A DNA stretch of 64,000 nt, taken from positions 896,001-960,000 of the forward strand of contig JBEKKK010000001.1 of assembly GCA_050010755.1 (NCBI GenBank), written 5' to 3'. The stretch comes from Candidatus Bathyarchaeia archaeon (GTDB taxonomy: Archaea > Thermoproteota > Bathyarchaeia > Bathyarchaeales > Bathycorpusculaceae). This document shows positions 1-8,877 of this stretch, in pieces; positions within the stretch are counted from its first letter, which is position 1; each line of letters opens with the position of its first letter. Below the pieces are notes generated by a model. It saw nothing but the letters and a program-made list of their open reading frames with translations, was not told the DNA's origin and did not search any database. A program made the position numbers and the translations under genes.

Positions 1-261
1 AAAACACGTTAGCAACACGAAAACTCAGGAATTGCTCTATTAACTCGTTTTTGTCTGTTTGTCTGCCTACCTGTCTGCTTCTGGGTATATGTCTGCCCTG
101 TGGGTCTTGCCATGTAGAAAGGGATAGAGCATAAGAGAAGGTAGCAGATAAATGCAAAAATGTGGAGAGATAAAGTTCTGTTCCAAACTGCATTGTAATC
201 ATTTCAGCGTAGCCAATCCTCAAAATCGAAACGCAGCTTACAGCATATCCATGCTCAATGC

Positions 262-414
262 TCATCCGTATTGCTGCCTTTCAAGTCTGGCAAGCTTTTT
301 CTTCTTCCGCTTTTCTTTTCTTTCTCTTTTTTTCTCAGGCGTAGGTTTTTTCAGTTCCTCTCTCTTCTTTCTTCGAGGGTAACCCAAGAGACCGCCTTTT
401 CTACTGAGAAACAT
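262..414 (-). CDS. small Lys/Arg-rich protein (41-50 aa)
   Basis: Manually read ORF (MFLSRKGGL)LGYPRRKKREELKKPTPEKKRERKEKRKKKKLARLERQQYG*. A GGCGGT SD-like motif precedes the alternative TTG start at 387. Confidence 0.45.
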   Translation of the reverse strand: MFLSRKGGLLGYPRRKKREELKKPTPEKKRERKEKRKKKKLARLERQQYG

Positions 415-602
415 GGACTGCCACCTTTTCTCTCTTGCGCTTTCCCCGTTGATGCCTTTTGATTCTAGTAATTGTGCTCAAGATTTCCTGAATAAGCAAC
501 AAACAGCGAGAACATCCCTGAATGTCAACGAAAAAACTAGGTAATGGCAAGATAGAAATGATTGGAATACACTCAGGGTAAGTGTAAAACCATTACTCTC
601 TT

Positions 603-1949
603 ATGCGCCTGGCACCAGTACTCACATGTTTAGACATGGTCTTAGATAATCAGAACATTTACGTGTTTGTTCCAGGAAAGAATTGGAAGCTGTCCCTAGC
701 GGAGCTTGTAGCATATTTTAAAGGTAGAAACCGCGGGTTTGAGTTTTCCGAGGTCACACCAGCTTTCTTCACGGTTAAAGTAGAAGGGGCTCTGAGTACC
801 TCGACTGCCGCTGATATGGGTGGATTCATAAAGATAGGGAAGGTTGTCACGAACCTTGCCACTTGGACGGTAAAAGAAGCTTTTCTTCAAGAGAGCAAGC
901 AGGCTCAGGCACAAATCAGGATGAGCTTTTCCACAAGCGGCATAGTTGATGAAATGGTTGACGCTACTTCTGGAAAATCTGTTTTTGGCGTGAGCGTATA
1001 CTTTCTGGAGCGGTCTTTTCGTCCAGTTGCACGAGCGATGCAACGGTTTGTCGGAAGCTCTCTGAAGCATGAGTTGGCGGCTCACGGTAGAAGATCGGGG
1101 TTCATCGGCTTTCCCAGGAACAGACCGCAGCCTCAGCTGAGTCACGTTGAAGTGTTGAAGAAAGGCTTGGTTGAGAGGAAGGCGGAAGTGCTGTTTTGTG
1201 TTGGTAAAGAACAGACGTTTGTGTCCACAACTGTCGCAGTGCATGACCCGTTCGAATTTCAGAAACGCGACATAGGCAGACCCTTTCAGCGCAAGATATT
1301 TGGTATGCCGCCGCGATTGGCAAGAATCATGATAAACTTGGCCTTCTGCACGGCTGGAAAATCTCTGCTCGATCCGTTCTGCGGTGTCGGCACAATCCTT
1401 CAGGAAGCGCTTCTGGCCAAGGCAAGAGTAATCGGACTGGACGTGAACCCATGGTGTGTTGAAGCTTCCAAGGAAAATCTTGAGTGGCTCAAGAAACAGT
1501 ACTCGTTGGAAGATGCAGCATACGCGGTTCTGCCGGGAGATTCACGCAGATTGACGGAGAAAATTCGACAGAATGTAGATTGCATAGCAACAGAACCCGA
1601 TCTGGGCCCGCCGCTGAGGCACGTTGCCACCACAACATACGCGACAAAGATAATCAGCAAGCTGACACCGTTATACTATGATTTCTTGGAAAGCGCGCAC
1701 CAGACCCTCACAAAAGATGGGCGGCTGGTGCTGATAACGCCTCACATAAAAACTCGTTCAGGAGAACCGGTCACCATGAACATTGAAGAAAAAGCGGTGA
1801 ATATTGGTTTCAAGAAAGTCGCCCTATTTCCTAAAGACGTTCGTGCCAGAGATAACACTGCATATGAGAATTTGATCGAAACGGCATCCCTCATTGACGA
1901 GGAAGAAAGACACAAGATCGGGCGGGAAATTCACATTTTCCAGAAATAG
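603..1949 (+). CDS. Trm11/TrmG10-like tRNA (guanine-N2) methyltransferase
   Basis: Contains MPPRLAR, the SAM-binding LDPFCGVGT motif and ATEPDLG (motif IV-like), with an N-terminal RNA-binding region. Confidence 0.75.
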   Translation: MRLAPVLTCLDMVLDNQNIYVFVPGKNWKLSLAELVAYFKGRNRGFEFSEVTPAFFTVKVEGALSTSTAADMGGFIKIGKVVTNLATWTVKEAFLQESKQAQAQIRMSFSTSGIVDEMVDATSGKSVFGVSVYFLERSFRPVARAMQRFVGSSLKHELAAHGRRSGFIGFPRNRPQPQLSHVEVLKKGLVERKAEVLFCVGKEQTFVSTTVAVHDPFEFQKRDIGRPFQRKIFGMPPRLARIMINLAFCTAGKSLLDPFCGVGTILQEALLAKARVIGLDVNPWCVEASKENLEWLKKQYSLEDAAYAVLPGDSRRLTEKIRQNVDCIATEPDLGPPLRHVATTTYATKIISKLTPLYYDFLESAHQTLTKDGRLVLITPHIKTRSGEPVTMNIEEKAVNIGFKKVALFPKDVRARDNTAYENLIETASLIDEEERHKIGREIHIFQK

Positions 1950-2521
1950 AAACACATCAAAAGCGCGCGTCAAATGTTTCAGCAGAACTTCTAGATATTA
2001 GGGCAGCAAGCGTCGCATAGACGCGCGCGTGAATTAAATAATTGGGGAAAGTGTTGAATGAACTTTTTGAAACTGGGACGTGAAGTGGCAAGGAGTGCTT
2101 AACTTGGTCTGGTGGTGTTTACGGCAATCATCTTCTCGGCTCCTGTAGGCGTGTTGATGAGTCTGGAGGGTTTTAGCAGTTCTGAGCGCAGACTTGGACC
2201 GAAGCCGTTACTATGTCTTAACATCGTTAAACGGGTTAATCCTGAAATCATCCTGCAGGTTAGCAACTGTACAGTGAGTTTGTATGTTGTTATGAGTGAC
2301 TTTGGGGTCTGAACAGAGCCTGCTGGGAGCTTCATTCGCAAAACGCAGTCTCCGTTCAGCTTAGTTCTGAAAAACTTTTTCTGGCATCAAAACCCCGCGT
2401 CCAAATTCAACGCTTCTCTTCTCTGATTTTCTCAGTATCCTAAACAACGCGCTCTAATTATTTAACTAGCCTGCGCGACTGGCACTCTTGTCCAGTCAAA
2501 TGGGTGTGCTTGGTTTGGGTT

Positions 2522-3043
2522 CTAGGCGAGTAGACGTTTGTTCTTTAGCCACGTTTTTGCCAGTTCTTCGTAGTTTGGGAAGACGCGCTTAAGAATTGGG
2601 ATGTACATTTGCATTTCTTCTTCTGAAAGGTATTGGAATTGGAATTCTCCCATGTATGGGGAGGGTTCTCCTTCTCTGGTTACAAATTCTACGTGCATGA
2701 ACGGGTCTCCGCGTTTGATTGTGATGGGGCGGCGGTCGTTGCTGAGGTTTACAAGCTCCAGGGCGAGTCTTCCGATGAATCCGCTGTGAACTTTTGCGGC
2801 GTTCAGGAACGAGAGTCCCATTCTGCCGTACTTGCTTTTGGCGGTCAAGTGGGCTACGTTTGTGGGCAGCGTGAAGACGATTTCATGGGTGATGAGGTTC
2901 TTGTGTTCTAGGTAGTTGAGAGTTGTTTCCTCCCTCACCGTCAAGATGTACCCGTCTCCGTCGAGCAGGTTGTAATCGTATGGGTAAACGCACTTGTAAT
3001 TGTCAATAAGTTCTTTCAGCTTGTCTTTGCCTAGGACACTCAT
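2522..3043 (-). CDS. dcd: dCTP deaminase / trimeric dUTPase family protein
   Basis: AKSKYGRMGL and VHSGFIGRLALEL motifs, plus C-terminal PYMGEFQFQ. Confidence 0.7.
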   Translation of the reverse strand: MSVLGKDKLKELIDNYKCVYPYDYNLLDGDGYILTVREETTLNYLEHKNLITHEIVFTLPTNVAHLTAKSKYGRMGLSFLNAAKVHSGFIGRLALELVNLSNDRRPITIKRGDPFMHVEFVTREGEPSPYMGEFQFQYLSEEEMQMYIPILKRVFPNYEELAKTWLKNKRLLA

Positions 3044-3262
3044 GTACGGAAAACCTCGCTGTTTTCTAGCAGTACTAAACCTTTGAAGTTATATAGTTTT
3101 TTGCGCGGGGCTGAGAAGATAGTATTTCGCGGAACTGGATATTTTCTGTTAGTGCAAGATTCGATTCGCAGTCGCGCTGTCTCGGATGTTTTGGGGTGAG
3201 CTAGTATTTTATACGTTGAATACCACTTGCTTTTCATTCCTAAAAAGGGACAGAGTGATGAG

Positions 3263-3862
3263 ATGGGCTGCAAGCAATGTGTGAAAGACGCAGTTTATAG
3301 GTGCGGGGTTTGTGGCAAGCTGCTTTGTGCGGAGCATGCGGAGTTGACAACTGTGTGCGCTTCTCACTTGACGAAGTCGGAACTGGAGTTCGCGGTGCAC
3401 AAGATTGTAAGAGGAGAGGAAAGATCTGCTGTTCGAGAATTCGTGAGGAGGTTTTGGGGAGAGGAGGAACAGTTGACTTTTGACGGAAAATTCAGAGTTG
3501 CAGAACTGCCAGGCTTTGTTGCCAAAGCGCAAGAAAGGGTAATCGGGTTTATTTCATTTTCACCGACAAGCGATGCCCTCTTAGTTGTTGCTTTAGGCGT
3601 CCTGCCGAGATACCAATGCTGCGGAATCGGGAGAAGATTGATTAGGAAGGTTGAGGTTGAAGCGAGAAAGCTCGGAAAAATCAAAGTGCTTGTTTCAACT
3701 TCAAACGACGATTTGCCCGCTTTAGGCTTCTACCAGTCGCGTGGCTTCCAGATTTTCGAAGTAAAACCTAACGTCATCGCCGAGAAACATGCAAAGATCC
3801 TACGGGGAATAGGCGGACTGCCAGTGAGGGATGAGTTGAGGCTTCAGAAAATGCTCAATTAG
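3263..3862 (+). CDS. GNAT acetyltransferase with N-terminal zinc finger
   Basis: CKQC..CGVC..LCAEH..C..H is followed by GNAT motif A (QCCGIGRRL) and TSNDDLPALGFYQSRGF. ATG at 3263 chosen as start. Confidence 0.75.
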   Translation: MGCKQCVKDAVYRCGVCGKLLCAEHAELTTVCASHLTKSELEFAVHKIVRGEERSAVREFVRRFWGEEEQLTFDGKFRVAELPGFVAKAQERVIGFISFSPTSDALLVVALGVLPRYQCCGIGRRLIRKVEVEARKLGKIKVLVSTSNDDLPALGFYQSRGFQIFEVKPNVIAEKHAKILRGIGGLPVRDELRLQKMLN

Positions 3863-3935
3863 ACTGGCACTTCTTTGCAGGTTAAGAATTTTCATATCAA
3901 AAACGGGTGATTTTCTCCTTGACGCTTTTGTGTCT

Positions 3936-4439
3936 CTAGAGAATTCTGGACACCATTTCGCTTACCCTCTTGAGGAAGGCTTCGTCTTGGTTAGTAAACG
4001 GTGAGAGAGCATGAGAGTCTATGTCGAGTTCGCCGATTACTTTCTTGTTTTTGAAGATGGGAACGACGATTTCAGACTTCACGTTTGTGCTGCATGAGAG
4101 ATAGTTCTTCTCTTTTGAAACGTCCTGCACGAGAAACGTTCGTCCAATCTGGGCGGCCTGACCGCATATGCCCCTTCCGAAGGCTATCCTGGTGTGCTCC
4201 GTGCGTTCCCCCTCAAAGGGACCTAGAACGAGCTCATTCCTCCTCTTTTCGTCCACGATGTAGAAACCCACCCAATTGTAATAGGGAACATTGTCTTTGA
4301 GCAGTCTGCAGACTTTTCTTAGTTTTCCATCCCTGTCTTCCTCGCCTTTGAGGGCTTCATCTATTCTTTTCGTGAGAAACTCGAACGATTCCCTACGATC
4401 CGCCAAACTTTGCCACCGGCAACAGTCACGTTTCAACAT
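3936..4439 (-). CDS. msrC: GAF-domain protein, free methionine-R-sulfoxide reductase-like
   Basis: NWVGFY, LGPFEG, GRGICG, YLSC, SEIVVP and LDIDS motifs. Confidence 0.7.
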   Translation of the reverse strand: MLKRDCCRWQSLADRRESFEFLTKRIDEALKGEEDRDGKLRKVCRLLKDNVPYYNWVGFYIVDEKRRNELVLGPFEGERTEHTRIAFGRGICGQAAQIGRTFLVQDVSKEKNYLSCSTNVKSEIVVPIFKNKKVIGELDIDSHALSPFTNQDEAFLKRVSEMVSRIL

Positions 4440-4500
4440 GTAAACTCGGACGGTAAATATGTTACCATCAACAGCGCATCCGGTTACGAGATAAGAGCAT

Positions 4501-7011
4501 TTGATGCCGCGCTTCTGGGCCTACAAGCGAACGATTTTTTCAGTTTTTCCCGCTTTCCTTAAGAAGTGGAACGCTCTGTCAAGACCAGAAGGTAAGCATG
4601 TTTTGGAACAATCGTCTAGAGACATATCTGGCCTGTCTGCAGCTGAAGCTGAAAAGCGTCTGAAAGAATTTGGGCCGAATGAAATTCCTGAAAAGAAGAC
4701 GAGCCTTCCAGTCAAGTTTTTTGGTTATCTCTGGGGTCCCATTCCGTGGATGATAGAAGTTGCTGTAGTCTTGTCTGCGGTCATCGGACATTGGGATGAC
4801 TTCGCAATCATTCTCGTCTTACTCTTCGTAAACGCAGTCGTGGGATTCTGGCAGGAATACAAGGCGGACAATGCCATTGAATTGCTAAAGCAGAGACTTG
4901 CTTTGAAAGCTAGGGTTCTGCGAGATGGAAGATGGAGTGAAATACCCGCTCGCGAGCTTGTGCCCGAAGATGTTGTCCGAGTACGTTTGGGTGATGTTGC
5001 GCCGGCTGACGTCAAACTAACGGAAGGGGATTATCTTCTCGTAGACCAGTCGGCGCTGACGGGTGAATCCTTGCCCGTTGAAAAACACGTTTCCGACGTT
5101 GCCTACGCTGGATCAGTGATTCGCCAGGGCGAAATGAACGGGCTCGTGGTCGGAACTGGCGTCAACAGTTATTTCGGAAGGACCGCGAAACTCGTTGGAG
5201 AGGCCAAGACCAGAAGCCACTTTCAGAAAGCCGTGATAAGAATCGGCAACTATCTCATAATTCTCGCCACAAGCTTGGTCATCACCATTCTTGTTGCAGC
5301 TCTAATCCGTCACCAGAGCATCCTCAGCACTGGACAGTTTGCGCTCGTCCTGCTCGTGGCAGCCATACCAGTAGCCATGCCGGCCGTTCTGACGGTCACC
5401 ATGGCTGTGGGCGCCTTGGCATTGGCCAAGAAAGAGGCCATAGTCAGCAAGCTCGTCTCAATTGAGGAAATGGCCGGAATGGACATTCTGTGTTCAGACA
5501 AAACTGGCACAATAACAAAGAATGAGTTAATCGTTACAGAACTCGAGACTTTCGCAGATTTCACTCATGAAGACGCGCTTCTTTTTGGATCCTTAGCCTC
5601 CAGACGAGAAGACAATGATCCAATCGACATGGCTATCCTCTCCAAAGCTGGAGCGTCTTCGACAGTTGCTGCAACCATAGGCAGTTACAAGATAGTGGGG
5701 TTCAAGCCTTTCGATCCGACGTCAAAGCGAACGGAAGCTACAGTAGAGGATACGGCTGGTAACCGATTCAAGGTGACAAAAGGAGCGCCGCAAGTCGTTC
5801 TGTCCCTCGTGACAAACAACAAAACGATTGGTTCAAAGGTCAATAGTTTCGTGGAAGCATTCGCAAGAAAAGGATACCGCGCATTGGGAGTTGCAAAGAC
5901 TGACAAGCAAGGAGAATGGCAGTTTGCGGGTCTGTTTGCGATATATGATCCGCCACGTGAGGATTCTGCATCGACCGTGAAGACGGCGCAGAGTATGGGT
6001 GTAAACGTGAAGATGGTGACAGGCGACCACATCGCAATCGCAAGGGAAATCGCCAGCGAGGTCAGATTGGGAACCAACATCGTTTCAGCTGATTCATTCT
6101 TGGAAAAGAATGACAATGAAGCTCAAAGCGTCGTGGAGGAAGCAGACGGCTTTGCACAGGTCTTTCCCGAACACAAGTATCGCATCGTTGAGCTCCTTCA
6201 AGAGCGCGGACACATCATAGGCATGACAGGAGACGGAGTTAACGATGCGCCCGCCCTGAAAAAAGCCGATTCAGGAATTGCCGTCGCTGGGGCCACGGAT
6301 GCGGCAAAATCTGCAGCGTCCATAGTCCTGACAAGACCAGGGCTCTCAGTCATTATTGACGGGATAAAAGAGAGCCGAAAGATATTCCAGCGCATGAGCA
6401 ATTACGCGATTTACCGAATCGCGGAAACAACACGTGTTTTAATATTCTTGACACTGGCGATTCTTGTTTTCAGCTTTCAACCGATAACCGCCTTGATGCT
6501 GGTCATTCTTGCGATGCTGAATGACCTTCCAATAATGATGATCGCGTACGACAACGCAAAAATCTCCAAAGGCCCGGTTCGCTGGGACATGCGCCAGGTT
6601 CTCACGATTGCCACAGTGCTAGGTCTTGCAGGGGTGGTTTCGAGTTTTCTTTTGCTATGGATCGGTTTAGACGTGCTCCACCTCAGTCTACTAACCCTGA
6701 ACACTCTGATCTTTCTGAAATTGGCTGTAGCTGGGCACATGACACTCTACCTCGCCCGCACAGGTGAACAGCATTTCTGGGCTCGTCCTCTTCCGTCGAT
6801 TTGGTTGTTCTTGGCGACTGAACTCACCCAGGCAGGAGGTACGGTTCTGGCTGTGTACGGCATCCTGATGCAACCCCTTGGTTGGGCCCTCGCTGGTTTC
6901 GTCTGGGGGTATGCCATACTGTTCTTTCTGATTAACGATTCTGTGAAAGTGAACGTAGTCAAAATGCTGAATCACAACGACGAAAATCCACGCGTGGGTA
7001 GTCCGCACTAG
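4501..7011 (+). CDS. P-type (P3A) plasma-membrane H+-ATPase
   Basis: TGES, AIPVAMP, DKTGT, KGAP, MVTGD, GDGVNDAP and TM6 AMLND. The true start may be about 100 nt downstream. Confidence 0.9.
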   Translation: MMPRFWAYKRTIFSVFPAFLKKWNALSRPEGKHVLEQSSRDISGLSAAEAEKRLKEFGPNEIPEKKTSLPVKFFGYLWGPIPWMIEVAVVLSAVIGHWDDFAIILVLLFVNAVVGFWQEYKADNAIELLKQRLALKARVLRDGRWSEIPARELVPEDVVRVRLGDVAPADVKLTEGDYLLVDQSALTGESLPVEKHVSDVAYAGSVIRQGEMNGLVVGTGVNSYFGRTAKLVGEAKTRSHFQKAVIRIGNYLIILATSLVITILVAALIRHQSILSTGQFALVLLVAAIPVAMPAVLTVTMAVGALALAKKEAIVSKLVSIEEMAGMDILCSDKTGTITKNELIVTELETFADFTHEDALLFGSLASRREDNDPIDMAILSKAGASSTVAATIGSYKIVGFKPFDPTSKRTEATVEDTAGNRFKVTKGAPQVVLSLVTNNKTIGSKVNSFVEAFARKGYRALGVAKTDKQGEWQFAGLFAIYDPPREDSASTVKTAQSMGVNVKMVTGDHIAIAREIASEVRLGTNIVSADSFLEKNDNEAQSVVEEADGFAQVFPEHKYRIVELLQERGHIIGMTGDGVNDAPALKKADSGIAVAGATDAAKSAASIVLTRPGLSVIIDGIKESRKIFQRMSNYAIYRIAETTRVLIFLTLAILVFSFQPITALMLVILAMLNDLPIMMIAYDNAKISKGPVRWDMRQVLTIATVLGLAGVVSSFLLLWIGLDVLHLSLLTLNTLIFLKLAVAGHMTLYLARTGEQHFWARPLPSIWLFLATELTQAGGTVLAVYGILMQPLGWALAGFVWGYAILFFLINDSVKVNVVKMLNHNDENPRVGSPH

Positions 7012-7085
7012 CTGATGAGAAAAAGATTAAAGGGGTTGTTGTTAGTCTGGTGTGAGTATTCAGTCTAGTTTGGGGTTCTTCAGAG

Positions 7086-8765
7086 ATGAGCAGAATCGCA
7101 AGCCGCAACAGGTACTACTATTTGCTCATCGCTGGCATCGGAATTGCGGCGTCTGCTTCAACTTCTGGAGTGTACCTTCTTTACACTAGTCTTTGGAATC
7201 CAATTCTTAACCTCCTGAGGAAAACGAGCTGGTACTACTTTCTGTTTGCTATTGTCGCACTCGTAGTGCCGTATGCCATTGTGAAAGTCTTTGCTGATAC
7301 CAAGACAACCGGTAGCGGTACTCATCTAGTTCTGGAGAGGTATCACCTGAGCAACGGAGAGGTAAGTGTCCGAGACACGGTTGTCAAGACGTTTGCTTCA
7401 ATAGTGACTCTGGGTTTTGGAGGCAGTGCTGGCCCGGAAGGCCCAAGTTTGCTCATTGGAGGAGGGATTGCCTCAAACGTTTCAAGGCGTCTCAAAGTTC
7501 GCATATACAACGTTAGGAGAATATTCATCGCGGGAGCAGCCGCGGGCCTGGCCGCGGTGTTCAGAACGCCCTTGACGGGTATTCTCTTTGCGTTGGAGAT
7601 CCCTTATCGAAACGATTTAGACATGGAGACCTTCATCGAGGCAATGGTGGCCTCGATACCTTCGTATCTGATTGCTGTACTCATTCTCGGTAGTGAAAGA
7701 ATATTCGGAAACGCCGTAGAGGCACAACTCACACTGACCGGAATATTCCTCTCTCTCGTACTGGGTTTGATATGCGGCGGGTACGCCATATTTTTCACCA
7801 AGGTCTTCAACGGTGCCGAACGTTTCAGAGGGTCAATCAGGAAGAAAGCGGGAACAGTCGGCGTAGTCGCCTTTGGCGCGGTTCTTTTGGGATTAATGGG
7901 CTATTTCTCAATCTACTCGATTGGAGTCGGAACGCAATTCATGGACGCAATAATCAACGGGACAAGCTTCACGATTGCTCTGATAATAGCGATAATCTTG
8001 CTCAAAACATTTGCCACCGTCCTGACGCTGAATTTCGGAGGAAGCGGAGGCCTATTCTTCCCAACAATCATAATCGGCGCTGGCATCGGCTTTCTCTTTT
8101 CCAGCCTAACCGACGCGAACTTCAAAATTTTGTTTGTAGCGGTCGGCATGGCTGCCCTGCTCGCTGGGACCCACAAGATTCTTTTGACTCCAATCGCCTT
8201 CGTGGTCGAAACGCTAGGCGGAATATACGCGATACCCGCTCTTCTTGCAAGCGGAGTCAGCTATCTAGTCTCGGGGAACGCGTCCTTCTATTCGATCCAA
8301 CCGCGCACCAGGCTAAAAGCAGAAGAGTTAGCTTTGGAAAAATTCTATGCAAGGGCAAAGGCCTCCTATCCTGAAGGGCTCAAGGCAACGTTGGCCGAGA
8401 GTTTCATGACCCAGCAACCAGTTTCAGTATCTGAAACTGCAACGGTCAAGGAGGCCTTGGAAGCATTCGAGAAAACGCGTTTCCGCGTCATGCCAGTGTT
8501 GGATGATACTCAAAGAGTCGTGGGTGCTGTGACCATGGAAGACCTTGGAAATATCGACCCTCGACAAATGAAAGACCACCTCTCGGAGAGACTCATGCAC
8601 AAACCGCTTTTGATAGCCAAGGACACAAGCTTGGAGGCGACAGCAGATATGCTGATAAAACGCGAAGAAGATCACGCGTTCGTCGTCGATGAAAACGATC
8701 ACGTCATAGGGGTGATTGCAGTTATCGACGTGGTTAGAAAGATAATGGAGCTGTCAACCGTCTAA
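7086..8765 (+). CDS. CLC chloride channel / Cl-/H+ antiporter with CBS pair
   Basis: GSGT, GPEGP and GGLFFP signature motifs, with C-terminal CBS domains. Confidence 0.9.
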   Translation: MSRIASRNRYYYLLIAGIGIAASASTSGVYLLYTSLWNPILNLLRKTSWYYFLFAIVALVVPYAIVKVFADTKTTGSGTHLVLERYHLSNGEVSVRDTVVKTFASIVTLGFGGSAGPEGPSLLIGGGIASNVSRRLKVRIYNVRRIFIAGAAAGLAAVFRTPLTGILFALEIPYRNDLDMETFIEAMVASIPSYLIAVLILGSERIFGNAVEAQLTLTGIFLSLVLGLICGGYAIFFTKVFNGAERFRGSIRKKAGTVGVVAFGAVLLGLMGYFSIYSIGVGTQFMDAIINGTSFTIALIIAIILLKTFATVLTLNFGGSGGLFFPTIIIGAGIGFLFSSLTDANFKILFVAVGMAALLAGTHKILLTPIAFVVETLGGIYAIPALLASGVSYLVSGNASFYSIQPRTRLKAEELALEKFYARAKASYPEGLKATLAESFMTQQPVSVSETATVKEALEAFEKTRFRVMPVLDDTQRVVGAVTMEDLGNIDPRQMKDHLSERLMHKPLLIAKDTSLEATADMLIKREEDHAFVVDENDHVIGVIAVIDVVRKIMELSTV

Positions 8766-8877
8766 CACACGCTTGCACGGTTAAGGATCTTGCAGACAGG
8801 AAACGCAGGGCCAATCCGCCCTCTTTTTATATTTGCTTAACAGATGATTATTCTTCACGTTTAAGATTGGCAAATAA

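Noticed and set aside
2099-2387. 80-aa minus-strand ORF, possibly frameshifted near 2370
   Set aside because: No recognisable motif; cannot distinguish it from a chance ORF.
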